Source: Lytechinus pictus
Lineage: Eukaryota
Direction: 5' to 3'
Length of the DNA: 64,000 nt
Assembly (NCBI RefSeq): GCF_037042905.1
Contig: NC_087251.1
Span: 38,008,001-38,072,000 of the forward strand
The translations under genes and the position numbers were made by a program. Shown in pieces: positions 53,591 to 64,000 of this stretch; positions within the stretch are counted from its first letter, which is position 1; each line of letters starts with the position of its first letter. The notes beneath the pieces were generated by a model. That model was not told where the DNA came from and ran no database searches. It was given only the letters and a program-made list of their open reading frames with translations.

Positions 53591-54999
53591 ATGTCTTTGG
53601 AACGAACGGGAGCAATGACCACTGTGGTCTTGATGATTGGGTTTCTCGCTATGTTAACCATCAGCTCGCAGGGCGTCGTCGCCGACGATGCACCCCTCTC
53701 TGCACCCCTTGGAGATTCTTGGATCTCAAGCATCAGAGAGTTTGTTAAAAGACAGGCGAGTGATCCATCAGAAACCGACCTCTCAGAGGTATCGCCGTCT
53801 CCCCTTGTTCCTTTAGACAGTGAAGTCCAAACCACCACAACTAAGAAACCAAAGAAGAACAAGAAGAACAAAAACAAGAAGAACAAGAACAAGAAGAAAA
53901 AGAAAAAGTCGACACCAGCACCAATGACCACTATCTTGAACTTAATGGAAACGGGAAAGATCGATGTCCAGGATCACATGGAAGATGATGATGATGATCA
54001 TTACGAGTCTCCAGGAGAAAACATCACTTTAAATGCCTACCCAGATGTGGTGTATCTGTATGAAGGACACAACGGTACGATTGAGTTTAACTTTACCAAC
54101 CTACTTGGACCTGTTATTCTGGAATTTGAGAGCGAGAGCGAAAAGATTTTTAAGATCGTAAGTGATGACCGAGTGGTCTTTGACCCAGAGGATCCGTCTC
54201 ATAACGGAACTTTGGTGGTTACACTGAAAGGTGGCAAGCTAGGCATCACGAAACTCATTGTCCATGTTACCGATATGGAAGATGAAGATGTCTTTGATAC
54301 CAAGATGACTTACGTAGTCAAAACGAAAAGAATTCCTCGACTGATCGATGTTATATTCGATTTCCTCCTGCTTCCCTTGATCTTAATCACCACAGCTGGT
54401 ATGGGGTGCAAGATGGACTTCATCATCATCCGCGATAAGCTCAAGAAACCATTTCAGATTCTGGTCGGTCCAGTCTGTCAGTTCATCTGCCAGCCCTTTT
54501 ACGCCTTCTGCATCTCCAAGATTCTAAAGCTGAGCGGTATCACCGCCGTTGGTCTGGTCACAGTCGGGTCGTGTCCGGGTGGAGGCGTCAGCAACATGAT
54601 CACCCTCCTCCTGGATGCCGACCTCATCCTCAGCGTCACCATGACGTTCACATCCACCTGTCTCGCAGTCGCGATGCTTCCCATCAACATGCTCATCTAC
54701 GCACGTCACTTCCTGTCAGAAGAAGGTGGAGGAGTCAACATCCCCTTTGCCAACATCATGATCCAGATCATGATGTTGACCGTCCCAGTCCTGTTCGGGA
54801 TGCTCATCCATTACAAACTTCCCAAGGTCGCCCACTACGCCATCAAGTCTCTCAATGTTCTATCACTCACCATGGTGTCTACAACGCTCATTATTGGTAT
54901 TTATTCCAACCTCTACATCTTCAGTTCAGAGTGGCAAGTCTTGGTGGGTGCTTTCCTTCTACCGACGTGTGGATACATTACTGGATTCTGTGTGTCAAA
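53591..54999 (+). CDS. SLC10-family sodium/bile acid cotransporter-like protein (SLC10A3/A5-like architecture with long extracellular N-terminus), coding exon 1
   Basis: Long ORF with ATG in ATCATG context after acceptor TTGCAG|53532; signal-peptide-like hydrophobic N-terminus; SBF-domain motifs GMGC, GPVCQFICQP, VGSCPGGGVSN, DADLILSVTMT; donor AA|GTAAGA at 55000 (phase 2). Confidence 0.93.
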
Positions 55000-55473
55000 G
55001 TAAGATTTTTTTTCTGCACTTTTTCTCAACAAGCACACTTCCAGCATGTAATTCCTCAATAAAACTGTTAAAGATGTATGAAATGACAATCTCATCCAAG
55101 AATGCAATCAATGCGGTACTTCTCCCAAATGCTAAAGAATTACATTTTCTGATATTTCGGACCAACGACAACTGAACAATCACATTTTATATGTTCTGGG
55201 TACCTATATCCTGAAAAGTAAATTTTCATCTATTCAGCTATCTCCCTGTTTCGTCCAGAACTAACAAATGTCATGTTTTTTTTTTGTATATGCATTTAAC
55301 ATAGCTCCTTGGCAAGTAGCATGGCATGTTCCAAATAATTAACAAATTGTATGCATGATAAAAATGAGTGGAATTAACAAGTTTGGTACAAGGAAACAAG
55401 GATCTGTTCGTATGATTGGCTCTGTATATTTCTGTAAGATATTGATATGACATTTTCTTCTTTTGTGCTTCAG

Positions 55474-55737
55474 GTTTATAGCTCGGTTCCCGATGGAGTC
55501 TGCTCTGACAATCATGGTTGAGACAGGGGTGCAGAACAACCTGATTGCCATCTCAATGATCAAGCTTTCGTACCCTCAACCGGAAGCCGATCTCATGGCC
55601 AGGATGCCCATCTTTGTAGCCATTTCATCCATCACCATTGGTTTAATCATGATCTGTGCTGCTGTGCCTATCAACAGAAGGAGACGCGCAGAGAGGAAGC
55701 AGAAGGCAGAGGAGGTTCAGAAAGAACTGGATGACAG
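55474..55737 (+). CDS. SLC10-family transporter, coding exon 2
   Basis: Acceptor pyrimidine tract + CTTCAG|G, phase-compatible with exon 1; encodes the conserved TIMVETGVQN motif (cf. TVAxETGxQN), YPQPEAD and the last TM helix; donor AG|GTGAGT at 55738. Confidence 0.92.
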
Positions 55738-56455
55738 GTGAGTTCTCGTTTAGGGACATTTTCGAGGGGGGACTTTGAAATGGATCTTTGGAGGACTCGA
55801 ACTTTGGATGATGAGTGCCAATGGTGAATGGCAAAATCTTTAACTTTTGATGTTTGAAAACACAAAACTCGCAAAGGGGTTCAGGTGGGCATTTCATTTT
55901 GTTGTCTGAAAAGTTGTCAGATCTGACAACTTTCCTTGTCATTGATTGGCTCCCCATGTTCCCGTTACACAAAGGATATCGATTAATCGCTTGATTTTTA
56001 GAATTATTTGTACCTTGTAGTAAATGCAATCAATCGTAAACAAATATGATACGATGATTACTAATCTTTGGGTTTCGGGCACCAGGAGTGTCGCAAATTA
56101 GAACATTAGGATGTGCTCAGTTTCTTTGCAATTTTAGCAGATCACAGACCCTGATAATACACGCATGCATCTTCCACATAATCATGAAACCCGATAGGGT
56201 ATTGCAAGATCACAATTGATTCATAGGCATTTTTATTCAAGGTAATGCAGTTAGTTGGCTAATTACAAAATACAGAAGGATAAAGAGAGTATAACTAAGT
56301 AATGCTACATCAGGAGTGGATTACTGCATTTGGATTGTAACACTATCGCATCCAAGGCAACAGCATTGATGACTCCAGTGAACAAGGTGGTGACAAATGT
56401 GTACTTGTCTGAACTATTCTGATACTTTTTTTTTTTTTTTTGCGTTCAATTTCAG

Positions 56456-56618
56456 ATATGACAAATACGAATACGAGCCCACGATAAGGAACGGAAGCAC
56501 AAAAGTCACCACCAACGGCCATTATCCTACCACTCCCGACTCCGAGGTGCCCCCTTCTTACGAGGAAGCAGAGCCCTTCATTACACACCAGAAAATGGCC
56601 AAAGAAACAATAGTATAA
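56456..56618 (+). CDS. SLC10-family transporter, coding exon 3 (cytoplasmic tail, stop TAA); spliced CDS 1836 nt = 611 aa
   Basis: T-run + TTTCAG|A acceptor, phase-compatible; reads YDKYEYEP...VPPSYEEAEP...KETIV*. Confidence 0.8.
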
Positions 56619-57250
56619 TCATGTTAATCAGCCGCTCTGGATGCTATAAATATGAAACATTGAGAGTGATGTTGTTGAAACCTGTTGCCAGACGAAAATC
56701 AGATGTGAATAACTTCTCAGATTTTCAAGCCTTGGAAATGCTGGAAGCAATCCCGCATCGTCAAGTTGTAGAAGATGATCGCTTCTCTTCGTGATAAGCG
56801 TCATGGATTCGTCCACCGGGGAAGCTTTTCTTGGAGGGAAGATTTTGGAAAGTATGTTAAGAGGGCTATAGAGCGGTCATGTGCCCCTAAAATCAAATAT
56901 TTGACTGTAATCACCTGCCATTTTAAATCAGCATTAAATCTATTCAGATGAACTCATCAGAATATACTTGCTTGATATACGTAATGAACCATCTATGTAA
57001 GTTGTTATTCTCCTTTTGGTTACTTATGAAAGTCTATCTATTTTGTCATCGGATAATTTGCTGACACTGGTCTTTGTAAGAATTCTTTTTGATATATCTT
57101 CATCTTTTGGGCTCAACCAATTGAACTCTTCCGTCGAATTGAATCACAGACATCCCTTTGCTGATTAGGTGTAATAGTTATTTTACTACATGATACGAGG
57201 ATGATGAAATAACGTGTCTATTCGTTAAAATTTTCATTAGACTCAGGGTA

Positions 57251-57483
57251 AGGGGGCGGATGCAGAATTTTCTCAAAGGAGGTGCTCTTTTGTTGCGGAA
57301 CAAATAAGGGTCATCAATCCGGAATGAAGGGGATTTATGTCATGAAATATTTTACAAGCCCCAAAAAGTCTTCACTTGCGTATATGCACAACCTTTTCCA
57401 CTAAAAATGATTTTTTTATGGCTCTTAAAAAAAAGGGGGGGGGGGTACGGACTGGATGTGCCCCCACCTGGATCCGCCAATGC
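57251..57483. mobile_element. Degenerate GGCGGATCCAG-type MITE downstream of the stop codon
   Basis: GGCGGATGCAG ... G-run ... CTGGATCCGCC inverted ends. Confidence 0.5.
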
Positions 57484-58600
57484 TGAGGGTTATTAAGAAC
57501 ATAAGGTTGATAGGAAAACATTCGATGTAGTCAGGGGCGGGGCGCTATGAGGTGAGGACAGATGAGGGGGTCGCCCTTATGATTTTTCAAGTAGTGAAAA
57601 GAAAAAAAATAGGGGGAAAAAGGAAGAAGAGGAAGAAAACGGAAGGAGAGTACGAAATATAAATTCTAGGTATCCAAGTGATTCTATTTAAAACAAAAGT
57701 GACCTCCCCTTTAGGGTCATCTTGCCCCCCCCCCCCCCCCCATCAAAACATTCTGGCGCCAACTTTAGATGTACGTGTTATATTTCCAATGAAAACTAAC
57801 GTTGGAGAATATTTCATTTTGAAAAACAATTGGCAAAAATAGAATATATTTATCAGAATTATTACTGTTGCGCTGACATTTCAATTAAGCAATCTATCTT
57901 AGTATGAATAATTTAACATAGCCCTTAAAAAATGGGTTTCGATTGCCCGAAAGATATGGTTTATCATAACAAAAATGAAATGGGAAAGATGGGAATAGCA
58001 ACTAATGAGTTCGTTTTAAACAATAAAAAATATTTGTTGTGGGTATTTTATCAAAGTGAGTATCATTTTGCTATCATTGCGTCGTGTATCCATCAATGTA
58101 TTTTAAGCTGTAATATGAATGATTTTCATCACAACTTATATCGAGAAATATAATGTACATTTCTATCAAAATATTTTCCTTTTTTCAGTGGACGACTATA
58201 TCAAAATCACAAATGAAGAAAAAAAATAACATTGAGTACAATACAATGTTTGGCAAGGATGGAAAAGGGCCGAGGGGTGACGTCATTTTTATTTATTTAT
58301 TATAATGCTACCCCTCTCCGGCCCTTTTAAGGGGGTGATTTACTCCCTTTCCTCTCTTTTATTTTTTAACTGTTGAAAATTAAATTAATATTTGGAAATG
58401 GTCATGATGGTAAGTTTCGATTGATATGGTATTATCCCAATATGAAATAAAAGAACCATTGAATGCAATTTAGGCCTATAATTTACGACGTTAATAATTG
58501 TGAATCAACTGATGTGTATCGTATACATATATGAATTTGTTATTATTAAGGTCTTAAAATTATTTGTAAAGTATCGGTGCTATATTATTGGAAGATATCG

Positions 58601-58606
58601 AATAAA
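58601..58606 (+). terminator. Candidate polyadenylation signal for the SLC10 gene (alternative at 58446)
   Basis: AATAAA followed by T/GT-rich sequence; weak evidence in AT-rich DNA. Confidence 0.25.
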
Positions 58607-58734
58607 TATTTTATTGCGCTTTGAATAATTCATGTTATCTTGTCCTTTATTACAAATCAAATCAATTCCAGAATTTAATTTCAAATGATAATATGTAGCT
58701 CCCTCAAGAAAAAAAAATCAATCAATGATAATGT

Positions 58735-59613
58735 CACTCTGAAAAAAGGGATTGGTCAAAGTGACCAATCGGTTAGTGAAAACGTGTCCGGAGATAAAAT
58801 TGTCAATATTTATCAACATTGTAGTAGATTTTTATAAAATGAAGAAAAAAAACGAAAATATTTTAGAGGGAAAATATTAAAGAACAGAAGATTACACAGA
58901 AGAAAAACACAATTTCATTTCATTTTCAACAAAATATAACCAAGTAAATACAATCGTAACAAGTAAATTTCATAATCAAGCTCATTAAATCAACTTAAAA
59001 TATACATGTCATATTAAAAAAATACAAAGGATAATATGATTTATAATTTGCGAAAATGGAGGATCCCACTAAAAAGCAAAGCTTTTAAATTGTGGGCTCC
59101 ACAAGTAAAATTTATTGATACAAACAGTTAAGAATAAGAAAACATTGCCAGCAGGAGACATCATAAACAATAAAACACAACAACCAAGATATAAGAAAAA
59201 TTCTGAACAAACTCAGGAATGAGATCAAGAGAGACTGCATGGAAAGAAAGAGGATGAATAAGAGGTATAGAGAGACAGGGGGTTTGAGGAATGAATGAGA
59301 GTACTGCATCATTCTATGAATTATTATAACGGGAAATATTCCGCAATATGACAGAACAGGCTTGTTTAAAAAAAAAAAGGGGGGGGGGTAAGTTTTATTA
59401 CAGAAAAGTTGTAAAGGTTCATACACCAAATACTAATTTTCTCTAATTTTGACAGAATATATGTAAGACTACACAGTGCAGTAAGATTACAGGTGTTTGA
59501 TTTTCAGGAACTTTTGGTATTTTCAAACCAATAGATTGGTTAATTTTGACAATATTTGTCGGACACATACTCACCAACACATTGGTTATTTTGACCAAAT
59601 TTATCTAAGAGTG
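58735..59613. mobile_element. CACT-ended MITE (EnSpm/CACTA-like termini) with a ~400-bp retro-insert
   Basis: CACTCT...TTGGTCAAAGTGACCAAT...GTGTCCG on the left versus CGGACAC...ATTGGTTATTTTGACCAA...AGAGTG on the right; internal 59308-59515 is homologous to 61720-61930. Confidence 0.7.
58911..59307 (-). mobile_element. Truncated LINE-like 3' end
   Basis: Interrupts the homology with 61680-61730; starts with an (ATTTC)n tail; stem-loop CCCAC-TAAAAAGCAAAGCTTTTAAATT-GTGGG at ~59065-59096, of the same design as the 48984 stem-loop. Confidence 0.5.
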
Positions 59614-60287
59614 TATGGATTGTAGATATCCATTAAATACATAATCCTCGATGTCAATTTCTATATTGGTACGTCACAATGCATTTTAACCAATGAATAA
59701 TTACACACACGTTTCACACAACGAACAAATACAAATTTTTAATCTCGTCAAATCCTCGATATGGTTAAGTGTGAGCTTTCTGAGTACAGGCCCACGCGGA
59801 TGGTAGCTGATTAAACCAAACACTTAACCGAAAAAGGGTTAATTATTTGCCATAAAATGAAGAGATAAGACCCCCAAGGAGAATCTTTGATTGCCTTTTA
59901 GACTTTTAGACAAACATCATTCTTTCAGATTTTTACCTGAAGAGCAAAGTAAATAAAAACCAAACAAACAGCTACCTGTGGATTTGCATTGCTTCTATAA
60001 CTTAATTATGCCTTATGCGTGTTTGTGATGCATGTTTCAAAACGAGGTTAAGAAAAACAAAACAAAACACGAGATGTGCTTACATAGAGGTAAAGGGAAA
60101 GTTTACTAAAATGTCCCTACCTTCTATTGATATTTTCATTTTCCAATGATTTATTTTTATATGCTTACATGTAGCCCACAAACATTACATATTGGTTTGG
60201 TAACTCAACGCCCAAGGGAGGGGGCACCCTACAATTTTCAAGTGATACGAACGGTGGCGTAGTTAGTCCCCCCCCCCCCCCAAAAAA

Positions 60288-60372
60288 AAAAATAAATAAA
60301 TAAATGAATAAATAAATAAACAAATGAATGAATGAACGAATGAATGAATAAATAAATAAAATAAAATAAAAT
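60288..60372. repeat. (AAAT/GAAT)n low-complexity microsatellite
   Basis: directly visible. Confidence 0.85.
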
Positions 60373-61660
60373 AGGTGGCACATAGAGTATGGAAGAAATT
60401 TCTCCAAAGTTGCCAGCCTTTATAAAAAGAAAATCTAATTTATGATAGATTTATACCACATTTCAGCCTTTAATTTTTATTTGATCATTTTTCTCCTTTC
60501 AATTTGTTTTCTTGTTCGTGGAACTTTTGAGGTTCCAGCACCCTAAGGCCCCCACCCCCATCTGTGCGCTAGTTATACAAAACATAAGAAAGTGAGGAAA
60601 ATATAAGGGGAGAAAAAAAAAGAATAATGAAAAGTATTGAAAAATGTTGAGTTACATATATACGTTTGTATAATCATAAATCCCCTGATTTCAGAATGTC
60701 CCATTGTCCTATCAAATTACAATGGTTCCGCCCCAATGTTGCAGCTTACGAAATTTCCAAGCATTTTCCCATTATATTTGTTACTCCGTTGGTCAGCAAG
60801 TAAACAATCACATGAAGCAAATAAACATGTCAACAATGACGCTTACTAATTACTCTACAAATAAATTAGTGAACGCATTGGTAAAAAGACAAATGAATAA
60901 ATAAAATGATTAGTCAATCAACGACGACACTGTGTTTCCACCAACCATTACACATGATCAATCAATCAGTAAACTAATCAATTTACAGTCACTCTGCGTA
61001 TACTGGCAAATCAGTTAATAAACCAGTCAATCCATCTATTGATCGAGAATCAAAATATGGATTGGTCAACAATGCAATTGATTTATCAGGAGCAAGCCAA
61101 ACTAACGACATTTTATTACACTTCACAAGAGAACAAAGCAAGAAAGACGAGCAAAGCGAGCAATGAAATCCAAACTCTTACTGACAATAGAACTACATAT
61201 AATTTTCGTATTTAGTTCAAGGTAGTCATAAGTATAATAATTGTATTTATTTCTCTCGCTTTCCCAAACCATACATGTAAGTTCGTCTCTTAAAGCAAAA
61301 CATTTTTTAAACATACAAGCGAGCACAACGAGCGCATACAAATAGGCATTAATTACAGTGAGAGAAATGTATACAAAAACCTAACTCTAAAAATATGTAT
61401 CTGGCTCGCGCAGTCTTTTTGCCTCTCCCACTTATCCTGTATTGAAATATCGACGAGTAAGCGCAGCGATCAAGAAAATAAAGTGTAAACTCTAAATTTA
61501 TATTTCTTGCGGCATGCATTTACCAGTCAATAATATTCGAGTGAGAAAAAAAAATCATTTTTTGTACCATGAAAGGAAAGGGGTAACTTCTTGTTAAATA
61601 CATATCTTTGTAATTTTGACATCTGGACTGCCAAATCTATTTGTTTTCCTAATCATCCTG

Positions 61661-62548
61661 CACTGTTAAAACCCCCAGATTTTACAGAAAAAACAAGATT
61701 TTGCAGAAAGCAATAACAGAATCATTCTGTAAATTCATAAAACATGAATTTTTCTACAATTTAACAGAACAGGTCTGTTTTTTTTAAGGGAAAGGGTGTT
61801 TTATTTAAGAAAATTTGTAAGGTTCCATACACCAAATACCAATTTCCTGTAATTTTATATGATACAATGTAAGATTATACGCAATCTGGTAAGATTACAG
61901 TTGTTCTCGAGACTTTGCTGCAGGAGCTTTTTTTTAAAGGACAAGTCCACCCAACAAAAAGTTGGTTTGAATAAAAAGAAAAAAATAATATAAGCATAAC
62001 ACTGAAAATTTCATCAAAATCGGTTGGAAAATAAGAAAGTTATGACATTTTTAAGTTTCGCTTTATTTCACAAAACAGTTATATGTACATCAAGATCGGT
62101 ATGCAAATGAGGAGATCAATAACATCATACACTCACTATTCTTTTGTATTTCATTACATGAAATATGAATTAATCTAATTTTCTCCTCATAGTCATGTGA
62201 AACAAATGTTTATTCCTCCCTGAACATGTGGAATTACCATTGTTTTAACATTCTGTGGTTCAAACAAGAGGGTCCTTATTGTCAAATCAGTAAAAATTTA
62301 ATTACTTTATAATTCAAACAATAAAAAAACAAAAGAAATAGTGAGTGAGGGACATCATCGATTCTCTAATTTGCATATCACTGAGTTGTGTATGTAACTG
62401 TTTTGTGAAAAATAAGCGAAACTTCAAAATGTCATATTTTTCTTAGTTTGATGAAATTTTCAGCGTTATGCTTGTTTGATTTTTTTTCTATCAAATCAAC
62501 TTTCTTCTGGGGTGTACTTGACCTTAAAGGATAAATTTTCTAACAGTG
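61661..62548. mobile_element. CACT-ended MITE with 2-bp TSD, hosting a Kolobok-like MITE
   Basis: TG|CACTGTTAAAA ... TTTTCTAACAGTG|TG. Confidence 0.75.
61938..62524. mobile_element. Kolobok-like MITE, full-length copy of the 48248 family
   Basis: TTAA|AGGACAAGTCCACCC ... GGGTGTACTTGACCT followed by TAAA; long inverted arms. Confidence 0.85.
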
Positions 62549-62760
62549 TGTGAATACGAGAAACTGTAGCGAGCAAGGAAACTAAGCCCGTTTAGATAAG
62601 TATAAATTCGTCGTAACAAAGGGCACATAATTACCTCATAACCTTACTTGACTAATCCGTTTGCATTCCCAAGTAACAAATATATACGTGCGCAGTAAGC
62701 AATAAAAATATGAGCTCCCTGAGCTTTTGTTTCATTTTTCTTTCCGCATGTACTTTGCAA

Positions 62761-62975
62761 TAAGTCCATCCTAACGAAAAGCTGATTTGAAAAGAAGAAA
62801 AATCAAACAAGAACTTAGAAAAATTCACCAAAATCGTGTGTGAACAGGTGAAATAAGAAGGTTAAGGCATTTCAAAGTTTTACTTGAAATCTAAAGCAGT
62901 TATGCGCACATCCTGGCCAGTATCCAAATGTAAAAGAACCGATGGCGTCACCCATTACTTTTTGTCTTCTATCAT
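62761..62975. mobile_element. Old, diverged left-arm fragment of the same Kolobok-like family
   Basis: AAGTCCATCCTAACGAAAAGCTGATTTGAA...CAGTTATGCGCACATCCTGGCCAGTATCCAAATG aligns by eye with 48252-48420. Confidence 0.6.
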
Positions 62976-64000
62976 AAAAAATATAAATATGTGTTTTATT
63001 TTCAAAGATTGGTAAAAGAAGCGATTTTTTTTCTTCAAAATACACCATGGTATCTATATTATGATTATTAATATATCTGTTTTATAATTATTTTGATCAC
63101 CTAGCTTGCCGAATATGTTTGCATCCATATCCGTCTTGGGAGTCTAACTATATTAACGAGCGAGTGCAGAGTGATGGAAAGATAGGCCTACATGCATCAT
63201 TTTTATGGTAAAAATTAAATTTGATCAGAAACTTCATCGGTGCCGCCAGGGAGATATCGAAATTATATATTGTCTCTTACATATTTTATATTTCACATAG
63301 TAACTCTCTGGTAATCTATCTGTTGTCTGAAGCCACAAGAGTATCTCCCCTTCATTTGCTTGTCAGAAAATTATTGAACTCAAATTGCCACCCCTTATAC
63401 ACTGCAAATTATTAAATATGCATCTAGGCCTACTGTCAAACTTGATTCTCCCGAGAGTTGCACCGGCCGATATAGCCACTTTAAAGTCTTAATTAAAAAA
63501 AAAAAAATCAAATTTCAACTGACGCAACATCTAACAGAATTCCTTGGTAATTAAATTGGCATGAAAGAGGTCAGTCGAACACAGACTGAATGCTCATGAA
63601 ATCAAAGTCCAAAAGACTACTGGATCAGATTTGTAAATTAAAACAATACACATATTATCAACCAAGTGTTCTTCAACAAAGCAGAAGCTAACAACACAAT
63701 CTTGGCAATCAGATAGTGCTTAACCTTCTCACATGCATGCATGGACATATCCAATCATTTTATGAAAGAGATCTGACTTGATTCATTGAAAGAGATAAGT
63801 TCGCTGACATGTGCTCATTGCTCAGCGACAACTCATCAATTGTTGCCATAAGCTTAGCTTATAGTGGCAACCCCTGCAACCTTCTAAAAATCGATATGTA
63901 TTAATAGAAAATGCAATTATGTTCAATGTTTTGCTTGTCAGTTATACGTATATTATTATTGTATTTTCTTTGTTCATGTGTTTATGAAAAAGTGTTGCAG

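Noticed and set aside
53560..55183. Overlapping alternative-frame and antisense ORFs (53560-53931, 54499-54709, 54571-55062, 54855-55175 etc.)
   Set aside because: Shadow ORFs of the SLC10 exon's codon bias and low-complexity tract.
38250..63415. Remaining short (60-120 aa) ORFs in the non-satellite region
   Set aside because: They fall in microsatellites, homopolymer runs or MITEs, mostly have non-ATG starts, and show no recognisable motifs.

Overview
Eukaryotic (metazoan) genomic DNA. The repeat families and AT-rich, MITE-dense intergenic DNA look marine-invertebrate, probably sea urchin (inference). Bases 1-~37,656 are the end of a very homogeneous tandem satellite of about 200 monomers. 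The basic monomer is 186 bp, with common 175/176/195/196-bp variants, and the array carries layered higher-order duplications from 0.9 to 7 kb. The many ORFs in the array come from one stop-free 62-codon frame of the monomer and are not treated as genes. The array ends abruptly. The remaining 26 kb holds nested non-autonomous DNA transposons (Kolobok-like, Tc1/mariner-like, CACT-ended, and 5-bp-TSD elements), LINE remnants, and a degenerate Penelope-like element whose hammerhead-ribozyme motif is split by a MITE. It also holds one intact spliced gene on the + strand: an SLC10-family (bile acid:Na+ symporter) transporter of 611 aa in 3 coding exons (53591-56618), with a probable 5' UTR exon ending at 47000. 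No tRNA, rRNA or CRISPR features were recognised.
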